DNA from: Fimbriosthenelais zetlandica
Taxonomy: Eukaryota
DNA length: 64,000 nucleotides
Direction of reading: 5' to 3'
Assembly: GCA_977030845.1 (NCBI GenBank)
Contig: OZ365116.1
Location: 2,976,001-3,040,000 of the forward strand
The position numbers and the translations under genes are program-made. Below the pieces are notes generated by a model. The model saw only the letters and a list, made by a program, of their open reading frames with translations. It had not been told where the DNA came from and did no database searches. The first letter of the stretch is position 1. Each line of letters starts with the position of its first letter. Positions 25,404-37,998 of this stretch are shown here, piece after piece.

Positions 25404-26747
25404 TAAGTGGACTGATCAGCCCGGTGTCAGTATAAATGACTGGGTTAGGTATCATGTCATGTTCGGCGTCGTGATACCTCAGTAAGGCAGCACTATAAAA
25501 GAGCATAGGGCTCATTGTCACAAGTAGGCGCCGTCATGATAAAACTGAAAAATTGATGAAAGCCCCATACAACATACAAGTCTTATAAACTCGCCCAGCC
25601 TGGTCTGGCCTGACACAGACATGAATAAATGAGTCAGTAGCGAGCTCCTCCCTACATAAATACACGGGGGAGCAGTTCACCGGCCGAGCTGAAACCACCA
25701 TTCTTTACATCCTTCATGTATATAGAGTCAGGGACGGGAGACATGATCTTAAAAAGTACTTCATCAAAATCAGTCCATGATGTGACAGTCTCCTACCATA
25801 AATACTGCCATCAAAAGACAGACAGATATTGAACAATACCTAAAACTATCAGCACACATTGTTTGTTTCAAATTAAAAACAATAATTGTCGGGCACTGAT
25901 TTTGTCATTAAAACTAATTGGTGAATAGGGAGCAATTTAACAGAAATCGCACTGTAAGAAAATGTCCCAGTAGGGTGATGTAACAACTCGTTAAGTTGAT
26001 TGTTTCAATTCTAGGAAATTAATGTTTGATAAGATAAAATGGTGATGGCGTATGATCCATCGTTAGAATCTCTTTATCCAAGGCTGCATGGAAGGAATAG
26101 TTTATTTAAGCAACGTGCTTCGATTATTCACCGCTGTGGGCTGAGCTTTCACGGTAGAAGAAGGCTGGCATTTCTCCGGGGGTTAGATTAGGTCTAACTT
26201 GAGACTGGGATATTTTTCTTAAGGTGAATCTTAGCTGGTGATGTGTTTAACCTTTACAGCAGCTCTGACCTTCTCTTGATCAGAGTGGACCTTTAATATG
26301 ACCTTGATAATTCATTTCATGGCTGTTTTACCTTGGTCTGATGGTCGTGGATGGTGATTGGATGTGACTGGTCATCTGTTGGATGACACCATATACTGAC
26401 CAGTAGTATAATGGTCAGTAATGGCTAGTGATCACCACTTGACCATTGACCCCCAGTAAACCAATCCCCCCTTCAATATCCCTCCATCTCATCCATTTAT
26501 TCCCCTATAAAAGTGTGCTTCAATATCATTACCCTACCGGATCTAATACCCAAGCCTTTGTGTCTGACATAACTTTTCAATTCCACCCTCCGACCACTCC
26601 AGTACCTTCCATACCGGTAAAACATATTCACTTTAAGAACTCTTGAAATTTTTTCTTTGACGTTTGTCACGAGTGGCTGAAATGTATCTTGTCGTTGTGA
26701 AAGGTTTACTTCTAAAGGGCAAACCTGAACCGTCGTGTTGTGCACGT

Positions 26748-26894
26748 TTTATTGGTTCAAGTTGAAATGTCAGCCGTGACTGAGTCTTGCATGGTTCCCG
26801 CTTTTTGTATACACAAATAAATTGATGCTTTAATGAACTTGCTATGTCGAGCCAAGACTATCAACAATATTATTGTCCGTATTAAATTTTTATT
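26748..26894 (-). terminator. Candidate polyadenylation signals of the GPCR 3' UTR
   Basis: AATAAA on the minus strand at 26889-26894 and 26748-26753, downstream of the stop codon across an AT-rich stretch. No transcript evidence. Confidence 0.35.
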
Positions 26895-27441
26895 TTCATC
26901 AGATGTGGACTTGGCCCATTGTATATATACATTTAGAACCAATACTTAAGTAAATATCGAACGGAATGTTCCCTCATAGAGTTCCATTTATAAAAAATGG
27001 TGAATATTTGATTTAGAGAAAATTAGTTAGGTTAAAGTTTAAAAGGGGATTTATAAGATAACCTTTCTTTTAATTTTCCTTTGATACCTGCCTTAAATGC
27101 ATAGGTTCTCGTATACTCATAAGAAAATATAGAAATCTTTCCAACTTTTTTTCCATTTAAATATTTAAAAATATATAAAATATTTGGAGTAAAGTTCCTA
27201 CGGGGTGTAGGTATGTAGTATAAGGAGCGCGTGTCACTCCTTGTAAGACTTTAAATCTTAAACACAAAAGCAGAAAACATAGCATGAGCTGAGAAGCACT
27301 CGGCGACTTTACAGCTGATGTTAGCATGAGAACAGTCAATCTAGCATGGATAAGCTGTCATGGAGTAAGTGGCTGTGTAATGTCAGTGCTGGCTATACAT
27401 GTGTTTGTGTACTAGTATTTGCTGTAGATGAGGAGGATGGC

Positions 27442-28809
27442 TTAAGGCCTGAGAGGCACGTCTGGAGTGTCCATATTATCCTCTGCTGGATCATCATTGT
27501 TAGGTAGACATGGATCAGCTACACCATTGGCCACATCCTCACCCCCCACCCCTACATTATTAGCCTGGCAGTTCCCATTAGACTTATCCTCGGCCGGGTT
27601 GTTACCGGTATTATTTAGTTTATTTCTCATGTCGCACATTGAACAGTCTGCGTTGGTTTGTTCTATCTGCACCAGAGACAAACCCTCAGTGGTAGCCGTC
27701 CGCTCAGGAGAATGTCTTTGTAACGACACCAGCGGTCTAAAGCAGAAATTAGACAGAGCAATGTCTCTGAACCTCTTCCTGAACATGAAATAAACGACAA
27801 AGTTAACAGAAGAGTTGAGAACTTCGAGGGTGTTTGAGATGTGAATGAGATAGAACTGGTAGGTCTCACAGTGCTTGTACTGATAGCCCCAGACCAGCTG
27901 GACGATCCTGGCCGGGGCCTGACACAACATGAAGATGAGCACAATGATAATCATCACCAGCGTTATATTGTTCTCATTCTCCTGTCGCCGACTTGTCATC
28001 CGTCGCTTCCTCCGACGAATGGCCTGGTAGGCAATGGTCACACGCGTGTTGACGAACGCTAGCGTTAGCAAAGGCAGGAGAAACGTGAAAACATAATAAA
28101 AGGCATCCACATACACTTTCTCGTAAGTCTTGTTGTTGCCTAAAGCTGTTCTCGTCCAGGTGGTCATCGTTTCGTTCGCTTCTGTGACTTGGATCACCTG
28201 GATCTCAAAGAGTCGTGGAACATTGTAGGCGACGGAGAACAGAATGACGGCAGCGACACCTTTATAGACATTGTTAATATTACACAGGTGTGGGGCCCGA
28301 TACGGCAGACAGACCGCCATGTACCGATTCAAGGCTATCACAACTGTCAGCCAGATGGTCGCCGTCTGAGCCATATACATAACAGGGAAAGTGTACACTC
28401 GTATATAAATCCAGGCCGCGTTGATTGTACTCCCCAGACCAAAATATCGAAATCCTTCCCTAATGGAGTAATGGACGATCCAGAGGACTAGTAGAACATT
28501 GTCAGCCACTGCGAGTATCTCCAACAAGAAGGAGGCCACTGGGGTACTCAGGTCTTTTCTCAGCACCATAAATGATAAGGTATTACCTGCAAAACCAAGG
28601 ATACATAGAATGCCCATGGCGACGGTGTACAAGATGAACTTGAACAAGATACAGGCCTCGGTGTCGCGTGGGGTGGCCTCGGTGGTTGAGCCGTTTTGTG
28701 TGGTATTGTAGAAGCCATCGTTGATTTGTATTCCTGTTGGTAAGGTGGGGAGTCCTGTCAACAGAGAATCATCTCCCAGGGGAGGTTCTGTGTATAAGCC
28801 CGCCATCAT
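27442..28809 (-). CDS. Class A (rhodopsin-family) 7TM peptide GPCR with intronless CDS, FMRFamide-receptor-like, 455 aa
   Basis: Uninterrupted 455-aa ORF with seven hydrophobic segments. Motifs: TM1 GN (GFAGN), TM2 LAVAD, TM3 NRYMAVC, TM4 YNVPRLFE, TM5 FLLP, TM6 CQAP, TM7 NSSVNFVVY, helix-8 FRKRFR. N-glycosylation sequons lie in the N-terminus (NTT, NGS) and ECL2 (NET, NKT). YNxPRxFE, CQxP and NSSxNF are typical of invertebrate FMRFamide-receptor-like GPCRs; the ligand cannot be assigned from sequence. The second Met (28806) has the better Kozak context (ATGATGG). Confidence 0.95.
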   Translation of the reverse strand: MMAGLYTEPPLGDDSLLTGLPTLPTGIQINDGFYNTTQNGSTTEATPRDTEACILFKFILYTVAMGILCILGFAGNTLSFMVLRKDLSTPVASFLLEILAVADNVLLVLWIVHYSIREGFRYFGLGSTINAAWIYIRVYTFPVMYMAQTATIWLTVVIALNRYMAVCLPYRAPHLCNINNVYKGVAAVILFSVAYNVPRLFEIQVIQVTEANETMTTWTRTALGNNKTYEKVYVDAFYYVFTFLLPLLTLAFVNTRVTIAYQAIRRRKRRMTSRRQENENNITLVMIIIVLIFMLCQAPARIVQLVWGYQYKHCETYQFYLIHISNTLEVLNSSVNFVVYFMFRKRFRDIALSNFCFRPLVSLQRHSPERTATTEGLSLVQIEQTNADCSMCDMRNKLNNTGNNPAEDKSNGNCQANNVGVGGEDVANGVADPCLPNNDDPAEDNMDTPDVPLRP

Positions 28810-28963
28810 GAACCTCTAGTCATCTCACTCTAACCTTATACAGACTTAATGTGTATGCACCGAGAGATGGTTAGATGACAGTCAGCCATCTATTACACAT
28901 CATGTCTTGTCTTAAGTCATCGTGGTTGGATCTTGGTAGTCCTCTCTGGCTGGTGTTCAATGC

Positions 28964-28990
28964 CTGAAATATAAAATGGAAAATGTCAGT
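28964..28990 (-). promoter_or_regulatory. Probable 3' splice acceptor in front of the GPCR coding exon (exon starts at 28963)
   Basis: Minus strand reads cattttccattttatatttcag|gcattg: a polypyrimidine tract plus CAG, 154 nt upstream of the first ATG. Confidence 0.6.
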
Positions 28991-30612
28991 GTGAAATATA
29001 CCCTTTCCTATGAAATGGTTCAGTGAGTTTTCTTATATATTTTTCATTCATTTAAACAATGTTTCGTTCATATCTACTTTCATTCATTCCATGCAACAGG
29101 AAAGTACATTATATAAGCTGTTTCCCTTCTGATCTTACTAAATGACATTTCGCAGGTTATTTGTGGGCCATTCAACTGATTTTGTCGTAGCCAAGACTTT
29201 AGGGAATACGGCCCGCATTGTGGCTAAGTGAAAATGGCCGCACACACTGTACAGAAGTGCATGTGAAATGTATTTTCCATCATGAATACATTCATGGCTT
29301 GCTTATTGATGTGCCTGGGACCCTCTAAGAGGGAAGCGTGGATAGTCTGACCTTTGTCTTGTCTCCCGAAGCTCAACTCTACCAGATTTAGGGCCGACCT
29401 GCCCAATGCTTTTTGATGGGCCGCACCTAAATGTGGTGCGTCATGCAGATTGCTTATCAGTATCACTTAATTTACTCTTGCTGAACCACGTGCAGGCTTT
29501 GAGGGTCACTGCTGCACTTTACACGGCATGGTCTATCATATAGTCTGTCATATTTTCAACCATCCCCAACCTGTTATCATCAGGTAAAAATAGACTACCA
29601 ACTCAGCTGAGTACTGCAATGAAATCTAGAGAAAAATGTTAGTTTTGCAGAAAGGGTTTCAAACTCGTTGATGTAAAATACAATTTAAAACTAAAAAGAA
29701 GATTCTGGAAGCGCTGTTCTATGCTGTACTTGTAACGTGAAATAGCAGGTGCTGTGCACACTTGGAAAGCACATTCAGAGAATTGATAAAAATATTACCA
29801 CTCGATAGAATGCTTTCAACAAGGAATGTTCTGTCCCTGTAGGGAGTTTGTATTTAATGTTCTCATGGATTGAACAGATAGCTTCATTGAAACATAAAAA
29901 GGTCATGACCCAGAATCTCTCCATTATCTTATATAAAGGCAGATGCATCCATTCCTCATGTGACACATTTCGTACATCCATCATTTTTAAAACTGGAGAA
30001 AGTATAAAAACACATGGCCCAGATATTATCGATATTATTGTCACTCTATGAAGACATTCAATGAGATTGAGGAGTCATATTCTCATTTTTGCTTCATAAA
30101 AAACTACAGTATTGATAAGAAAGATGGATCACTGAGTTCTGCTTTATGCATCTCATCTGTTTTTTCCCTCATGATTGTCTGTTCTGTAAGTCATCTTTTA
30201 TTACTCTCAGCCTATTCCCTTCCTTTCCTGGAACTAATTCCTTTCGATTAGCTTCCATTGTCTGAAAGTAATTAAAAGTTTGCATCCATACTGGATGCGT
30301 CCCTTTCTCTCAGTTTATCGCCCTTACCCCTCCCTCTCTAAGACATAAAAAGCTCTGTCTAGCATTATACTCGGTTCTCACTTCCTGAATAAGAGCACCA
30401 GTTGAGTCCCCTGTAAAACGACCATGAAATCCAGCTCTGACTGTTTAATGAATTCATTCAGGAATTAAGCAAGTTCTCGCCTGCATTCTATGAGTCTCAT
30501 GGAGTTGTCCTCCTCTTCTGTCCTCCCCGTTTATGCTTCTCCGGGGTTTTTTAGATGTCCTGGGTTGAGCTCCTGGTTTCTCAATGTCCTTGGTTTTGCT
30601 CGGGACAGGAGA

Positions 30613-31205
30613 CTGGACAGTGGCTGGCCTCTCCGGCAGTGATATCTGGACAGTGGCTGGCTTCTCCGGCAGTGATATCTGGACAGTGGCTGGCTTCTCC
30701 GGCAGTGATATCTGGACAGTGGCTGGCCTCTCCGGCAGTGATATCTGGACAGTGGCTGGCCTCTCCGGCAGTGATATCTGGACAGTGGCTGGCCTCTCCG
30801 GCAGTGATATCTGGACAGTGGCTGGCCTCTCCGGCAGTGATATCTGGACAGTGGCTGGCCTCTCTGGCAGTGATATCTGGACAGTGGCTGGCCTCTCCGG
30901 CAGTGATATCTGGACAGTGGCTGGCCTCTCCGGCAGTGATATCTGGACAGTGGCTGGCCTCTCCGGCAGTGATAACTGGACAGTGGCTGGCCTCTCCGGC
31001 AGTGATATCTGGACAGTGGCTGGCCTCTCCGGCAGTGATAACTGGACAGTGGCTGGCCTCTCTGGCAGTGATATCTGGACAGTGGCTGGCCTCTCCGGCA
31101 GTGATATCTGGACAGTGGCTGGCCTCTCCGGCAGTGATATCTGGACAGTGGCTGGCCTCTCCGGCAGTGATATCTGGACAGTGGCTGGCCTCTCCGGCAG
31201 TGATA
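30613..31205. repeat. 33-bp GC-rich minisatellite (about 18 copies)
   Basis: Unit ctggacagtggctggcctctccggcagtgatat, near-perfect copies. It explains the five overlapping long ORFs in the track. Confidence 0.95.
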
Positions 31206-32489
31206 CAATGCAAAAACTTTCTCTACGCATGCTTCTGCACAGTAACACCGCCGGAAACGCCCAGCCCATCACTTCCTTCCCACCGTCATCTCTCCTCCTC
31301 ACGTCAGCATGATGCTCCACTACAGGATCTATATAACCTTAAGTAAACGCTTCCTTTAGCCTTACCTAAATCACTCTCTATACCATTAGCGGCTTGACAA
31401 GCACTTAAGACCAGGAATAGATGATATATTGTCTGTCTGACTTTATTGCTCTTTCACTCATCTAAATGATAGTTTATAGCAGCAAGTAAACTAGTTGAGT
31501 TTTTATACTCATTGTCAGAATGGAATCTTTTTGCAAGTCGCCCTGAAATATGAGATCGGCTTGCTCGTAAATATTTTAGCAGGACATGGAAAAAATAATG
31601 AAATTACTGTCCGGAAGATGTGCGTTTGAGGCCATGGGCTAATTATGTAAAATGAAATAAGACGTTGATCTGTGAGAGCTGATAGGTTGTACGAGAGTGG
31701 GGTGCAGATCACCAAGAGTAGTAAAGAGTTTACAACCCAAGTACAACCCATACTCCGCGGATCAAATTCCCCCGTTCAATATGTCAGAGCTATAATACAT
31801 TAATAGGTTTTTTCACCACAGAACCTGACAGTTTTCTTCATTAAGTTAAGATCTTGAGTGCAGCAGGCGAATTGATATTGCGGATGCGATTACAAGCCAA
31901 GTGATATTAATGTATGCATGGACCTGGTAGGATCAGGAAGTTCAGACCGCTGATATGGATCTATCCTGAACCTTGGATCTTGAGCTTGTCTCATCATCTT
32001 TCATTGTCTGATCTGTTCAGCCTTCTGGAAACCACTCACTTCATGGTAGAATATAATCTCCCAATCACGAGTCCCACCCCTTACAATACACACATTTACT
32101 TGCATCGATACTCGGAATATTTTACCAGAAGATGCCTTTCTTTGGTTTTGGTCACTTTCAAACCACTCCTCTAATGAATTGATCCAGGTTTACACAATGA
32201 GTATTTTGCCTTTCAATCTGGGATGGAGATTGATAGCACCTTTTAGCTTCATGAATCCTGATTATTTTAGGCTAATGATGCACTGTAAGCGATTAGCTGG
32301 GTCTAGTGGCTGGTATAGAAGCCACTCCCTCATTATATACATGAGGGTACATTTAATCAGGGTAACAGAACCCATGTACCACACGGCCCCCACCCGGGAC
32401 CATAGTGACACGTCATCCACTAATCATCCAGGTCCCATGTGGCATCATTGAAGTCAGACTTAATCTCTTGTAATTTATCCTTTCTTCAT

Positions 32490-32810
32490 TGAAAGTCCCC
32501 ACGCGTCCTTCCTTCCTCTTTTCTCCTTTTTTCTTTCCATCCATCCTGCCCCTATCTCTTCATATCCTCCTTTCCCTCATCCTATCTTTCCCCATCCTTT
32601 CCTTCGCTCATCCTTCCTTCCATTCTCACCCCTTCCCACCGTCCTTCCATTCTCTGTCCTTACCACATTTCCCTTCCTTGCATCCTTCTCTCCCTCCTTC
32701 TCCCTTCATCCGTCCCAATCCGCTCCACCTCCCTGCGTCTTCCCTTCCCCACCTCCCTGCCTTCAGCCTTTCCTACCTCCCTGCCTCCTCCCTTCGTCCG
32801 TCTATATGTC
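32490..32810. repeat. Polypyrimidine (CT-rich) low-complexity tract
   Basis: About 320 bp almost exclusively C/T on the plus strand. Confidence 0.85.
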
Positions 32811-35800
32811 CTTGGCGAGCACCCTATGATAGGTTGTGAAGCCTCCCAAGCGAGACATTCTTGTTAAAGGCAGGTGTGTTTTACATCCCTGATAGTGTCT
32901 AGACGACCTTATTTAATCTTAATCTTAATCCTTTATCTTAATTCTTAACCACACGCTATGCTATATCTTACACATATTAATAAATGTTATTTTTTTCTTA
33001 CAGGTAGGTGTGATCGGATTATGAAGCCTCGGTTATTGGTAAGACAAACATTTTATGTTACCACCAAGTCCAATGCGTGACTGCAGTGCGTGTATCTGGT
33101 TCTCAGCTATTAATCTTGTGCATTATCAGGCTTTAGCTGTGTAGGTCTACAAACTAAACTGGAGCTAAAACTGGTGGCGGGAGACACTGCGCAGGCGTTG
33201 TGACTTGTGGCGGGCGAACGCTGCCAGGCCTGCCTCAACACTGGGTAAAAATGGATACTAAAAAGTCTCCATTAGTGTTTTGTAAAAGCTGATGAGGGTC
33301 AAAGAAGTCGCGCACTAAATGGTGTAACTCAATGAACAGCTCCTAGAGCTAGACAGAACGAATAGAACTGAACAACAGTATAAAAACCATGGACGGTATG
33401 GCAGGGAAAAACATTCTGTATCTTACAGCTCGTGGGTCTATTGTTTTTAGAATCAATATAAACTCACATAAAATGAGAACATGGAAATGCTTCTGTGGAT
33501 TGAGCTCAGATTGTGAACACTTTTAAAAATGATTAATGATGTTTTCTCGCAACTCCAGTCTGGCGCGAGTTTTTCTTTTTTACTTTTTACTCACAATCCT
33601 AGTGAGATTACTTTGACAAAACCTTCCCCGTCTTCAACAAATTGATTTCCTGAGAGATCCCTGTCTCTCTCAGACATAAGGACCCCTCTCTGCTCCTCGG
33701 TGGTAACTGCCTTAGGCTCTCCACTCTTCCTCAATACCTTTCTTTTCCCCTCTGTGGGGCGAGAACAAAATTGATTTTCCTCTTTAAAATTGGCCTTTAA
33801 TGCCAGGAGAAACTTCTGTGTATTTCAATGAGAAAGTTGAAGTGACTTTACCTTTAGATTGTATGTAGGGGTAGTTGTCCTCTTGCTAAGCTTCACTATA
33901 AGCTTTGTCTGCCTGTCTTTCCCTCATTGTCCTCCTCCCTCCATGTCCCACCTGCTTATGGTGGTGTCTTTGTGTTGGGAATCACTATATCACTTCCCCG
34001 ACCCTTCAAGCTTCCCCAGCTGTAGTCAGGTGCTTCTATAGTGAGCAGTAGGTTCTATAGTGAGCAGTACAAGCCCATCACGAAATCCATTCACCTCCCG
34101 TCACTCCATCCAGGTAGACCCCGATCAAAAACCTCGAGTTTTTCAATTGTTAACTTAATACAATGTCAATGTTCAGTTCATGCTATGATATTCAGATCCA
34201 AATATGAACAATATTTCCTGCAGATGTGTAGGCTGCAGTTGTGAATTTAGAGATGTGTCATTGGTATGAAGGGAATGCCTTATGAGTTGTCTGGGTGGAG
34301 TGGTTGGCTATGATGAGCAGCTCGCGTCTGTTTGGTGTGAGTGGTTGTGAGAGTGTCCTCCTGGAGAACCACTGATTGTCACTGGGCCTATGAATGGTAA
34401 TCCAAGCACCCGTGGTGAGTGTGGGGCATTGATCTGTTGGTAGAGTACAGAGTTGGTAGTTTGTAAAGATCAGCCTGGTGTTAGGGAACGAGAGCCGCCG
34501 TGCGTAGTCTGTAGCCACGATGTGCAAACTGTGAAGCGCAACTGAGCACTAGGCCTGAGTAAAGTTGTCAAAGTTGTCGATGGTGATCATTTGAGGCTTG
34601 AATAAGTGATGAGCTTGAAAGGCAAGTGGCTGATTGTGTGCTCACCTGCTCACTCATGGAGTGTAGTGGTGTGACTGAGGCTGTGGTCATGGATGGAGAT
34701 CTTCATATACAGGAAGTCTTACATTTGACAGCTCCTCTCTCCCTCCTCCTCCTCTCTACCTCCTCCCACACCCCATCACACCAGATCTCCCTCCCACCCT
34801 AATACCCCTCTCTCTACTCTCTGGTGTGAGGAAAAGCATCACCAATAGGGAGGGGGATGGGGGAGGGGGGAGGGGTGTAGGATGGTCCTTGCTGGTGGCT
34901 CCCTCTACAGGGACTCAACCAACTAATGCATTGCTTCAAGGCATGTAAGATTAGGCTGTGGAGAGACTTACCATACTTCCCTTGACTCTTTCATGTATAA
35001 TAGAATAGCCCTAATTGTTATTTCCCTATTTGACAACGTCACAACGTTTGACGTCGTGTTTGTAGCTGTGATGTTAAAGACCAATCAACCAAGATGGCCG
35101 CCATTTTACAGGGGTTTTTTCACGAGTCTTTCCGCTCTCATTGTAAGACGAGTGGCCTGTGAAACCACAAACCCAGGCATGGCCAGGATCAGTTGTTTTC
35201 TTGGTCATGTGCATCATGATCGTAATGTGAGAATAAGTTTTTGTGCAATGCAATTTTAGCACTCAAAGTCACTGAGTGACAGTTTCACAAACTGCCAGTG
35301 CAATGGTCCCAATGTCTTTCGTTTAATGCTCTTGTTTTCGTGAGCTTTTTCCCATCACTCTCCAAGCTACATTGGTTTCATAACCTTGCCCTTATCCCTA
35401 TCATTCCTTACTAGTCTCTATTCACACATTGTATTTGATTTAATGAACTTTCAATGGTTTGTATCAAAGATGTATGTAAATGTATGGGGGGACTAACTCT
35501 CTAGCCGCCTCACGTATTAAGTCAATGTTTTATCCTTCCATCTCTACATTCCCCTTGCCACGTCTTCCTCAGTCCCCGTCACATTTCAGACAATTATTGT
35601 CCATACATGGACTTACTGTCATTAATTTCAAGCTTAACAAATTGCTATATCATCTTACAATACTCGGGTATTACCTCCGCAATGCAGGCCTTTAAATAAC
35701 GTGCGTATACACAGTGTTCTATTCTAAATGAATGTGTGCCATTCCGGCTTGGATACTCCCATGTTTATTAGGTATTACAGCTCCATGTATGGGTAATATA

Positions 35801-37998
35801 TTACCTTTGCATGTACCGCAATATAATTTACATCCCATTCAATTTAGTGTGCACACGTTACAATGCATTGTGAATTGAATGTCTGTTAGGTATCATATCA
35901 TGTGTGGGATGGCTTATGCATAATGAAATTGCGATAATTCCTGACTATCCGCATCCATTTTCATGACAGTTTTTCTCCCTGTATCCCTCATTTATGTTCT
36001 GACATATAAAATAGGGCCCATATATATCCTCTACTGCGCAGGTTGCTTATTTATTTGCCATAAAAAGATACAAAATATTACACACGGTGAGTATGCACTT
36101 TATTTTCTATAAACTCAGCTCCCAGCGCTTATAAATGGAACTGAACTAAATGCACTGTCAAGATCGCTATGAAGATCTGAACGATTTGAATGGATTTTTA
36201 CCAGACATTTTGGGCGGTTTTGAACTTGACATTGTATTTGTTAAGTTATTTTGAAATACAATCCTGGTAATTTATTTTAGATTATAAATCTACCTATATA
36301 TATATGGGCATTGTCTTGTCTATATATTATGTTGTTGCTATAGGGACTTGATATTTACATTTTGCTGATATCTAGTTATTCTTTCACAGCTTACACAGTA
36401 GCAATGCACCCATCCATATAACCGTCTCAGGAGCTAGGCAGTAAGTCACACGTTGAGATAAGAAAGATAAAGCTTCCCCGGGAGAAATAATCATGTAATC
36501 TATGAGTTGGCTTATATATACACAAGCTGGTAAAGTCTGTGTTAAATTCCTGAGTTCTTCACTCGGCGATATTGACTTAGTTTCCCTTGATTGCTGTACA
36601 TATTCGATTGAGCATTCCTTCATATGTATACCAGTATCTGATGAAAGTCATTCAGCCTTGCCTTTTCGTTATCATCAAATGTAACCGTATATGGGTTTCT
36701 GATGACTAATCCCCTACCTCAATATAAGCTCATCCATTAAAATATAATAATCATTTTTATGCATGTAAATGTGAGCTTGTAATTTGTTGTGTAAATCACT
36801 GCATTGTCCCTTACCAACCAATGATCTGGTGAACCAGGAACCTCTGTCTAACCATGATTAAGCTGTAATGGATAATGACAATATCTCCTACAAACGAAAA
36901 AAGCGGCGCGCTCACTGCGGCTTGTTTACATGACCATTATGTTGAGCCTACTGCCGCACAGGTCCACTCAAACCATCACAGCTGTCTGAATTGCCGACTA
37001 AACAACTTTTTCACAAAAAAAATAATTAAAAAAATGTGGGATTGACGTAGCGGGCGTCCCGTACTGTCCCCTGTTTACCTCAATGCCATCCCACATCCAA
37101 TAAATGTTTAGCCGCATTTTTCACTACTTACCTTCATTCGACCAAACAAAGCCCCTCCTCTATATATTCAATGCTGATAAAAACTAGTCCAGTCCCAGGT
37201 GTTCTTTCCTCCATTTTTAAGCTGTTTTGTTTTAATTTGCATTTGTCGTTCGATCGCTTCCTGGTACTTCACTGAATGGGAAAACATACCAATCCCTATT
37301 TACCACCGAAAAATCTTCAGCAATCAAAAGTTTAAACATTGAATTAACCTTATGAATGTCAATATAACCCATATTAGACAAAATTTGATTTTCTAAAACA
37401 ATGCAAAAACCAACATCTGTATAAATATCGGACATAATATTCCGATCGTGCATAGACTATACAACTCATTTGCCAATACATTTGTGAAGTTTGACAACAA
37501 ACAGTCTTGTATACGTTGTAGAATGTGGGGGTGGTTGGAGGATATTGGTGTGTATTGCGCTGTTGCCATCAATGATTAGATAAATGTTATTGCCTCTGGC
37601 AAGCTTTCCACTCACACACTAACAGATTTATCACCTTTTTAATCTGGCACAGATTGTGAGGGTTTCATCTCATTGTGAGCATGATTTGACAGTTAATGAT
37701 AAATACCCGGCCTACAATACCGCGCCCTCATATAGTCCCGGACATTGATTGGGATTTTTAATCATTTACATTCATAACTGATTAATTTCTGTTGATGAGA
37801 TCTGGATGGGATGTTTTTCTGTGCCGATTGACTCCTTGATATATGGTCTGTTTTGTGTATAATGCGTTCATGGCTGTATGAAAAACCTATGATGAGATAT
37901 ATAGGTTTAGCCTGCACTGTTTCCCATCACTAAGTTAAACATTTAGCCTGGTTTCACTAATCCAAAACGCCGGCGTTTCAACAACGCAATAACTTTAA

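Noticed and set aside
27467-28711. Short ORFs overlapping the GPCR (antisense and alternative frame)
   Set aside because: Shadow ORFs of a real coding sequence with no independent features.
30454-31346. Five long overlapping ORFs (210-288 aa) as genuine CDS
   Set aside because: They are fully explained by a 33-bp unit lacking stops in five frames; there is no splice or homology support.
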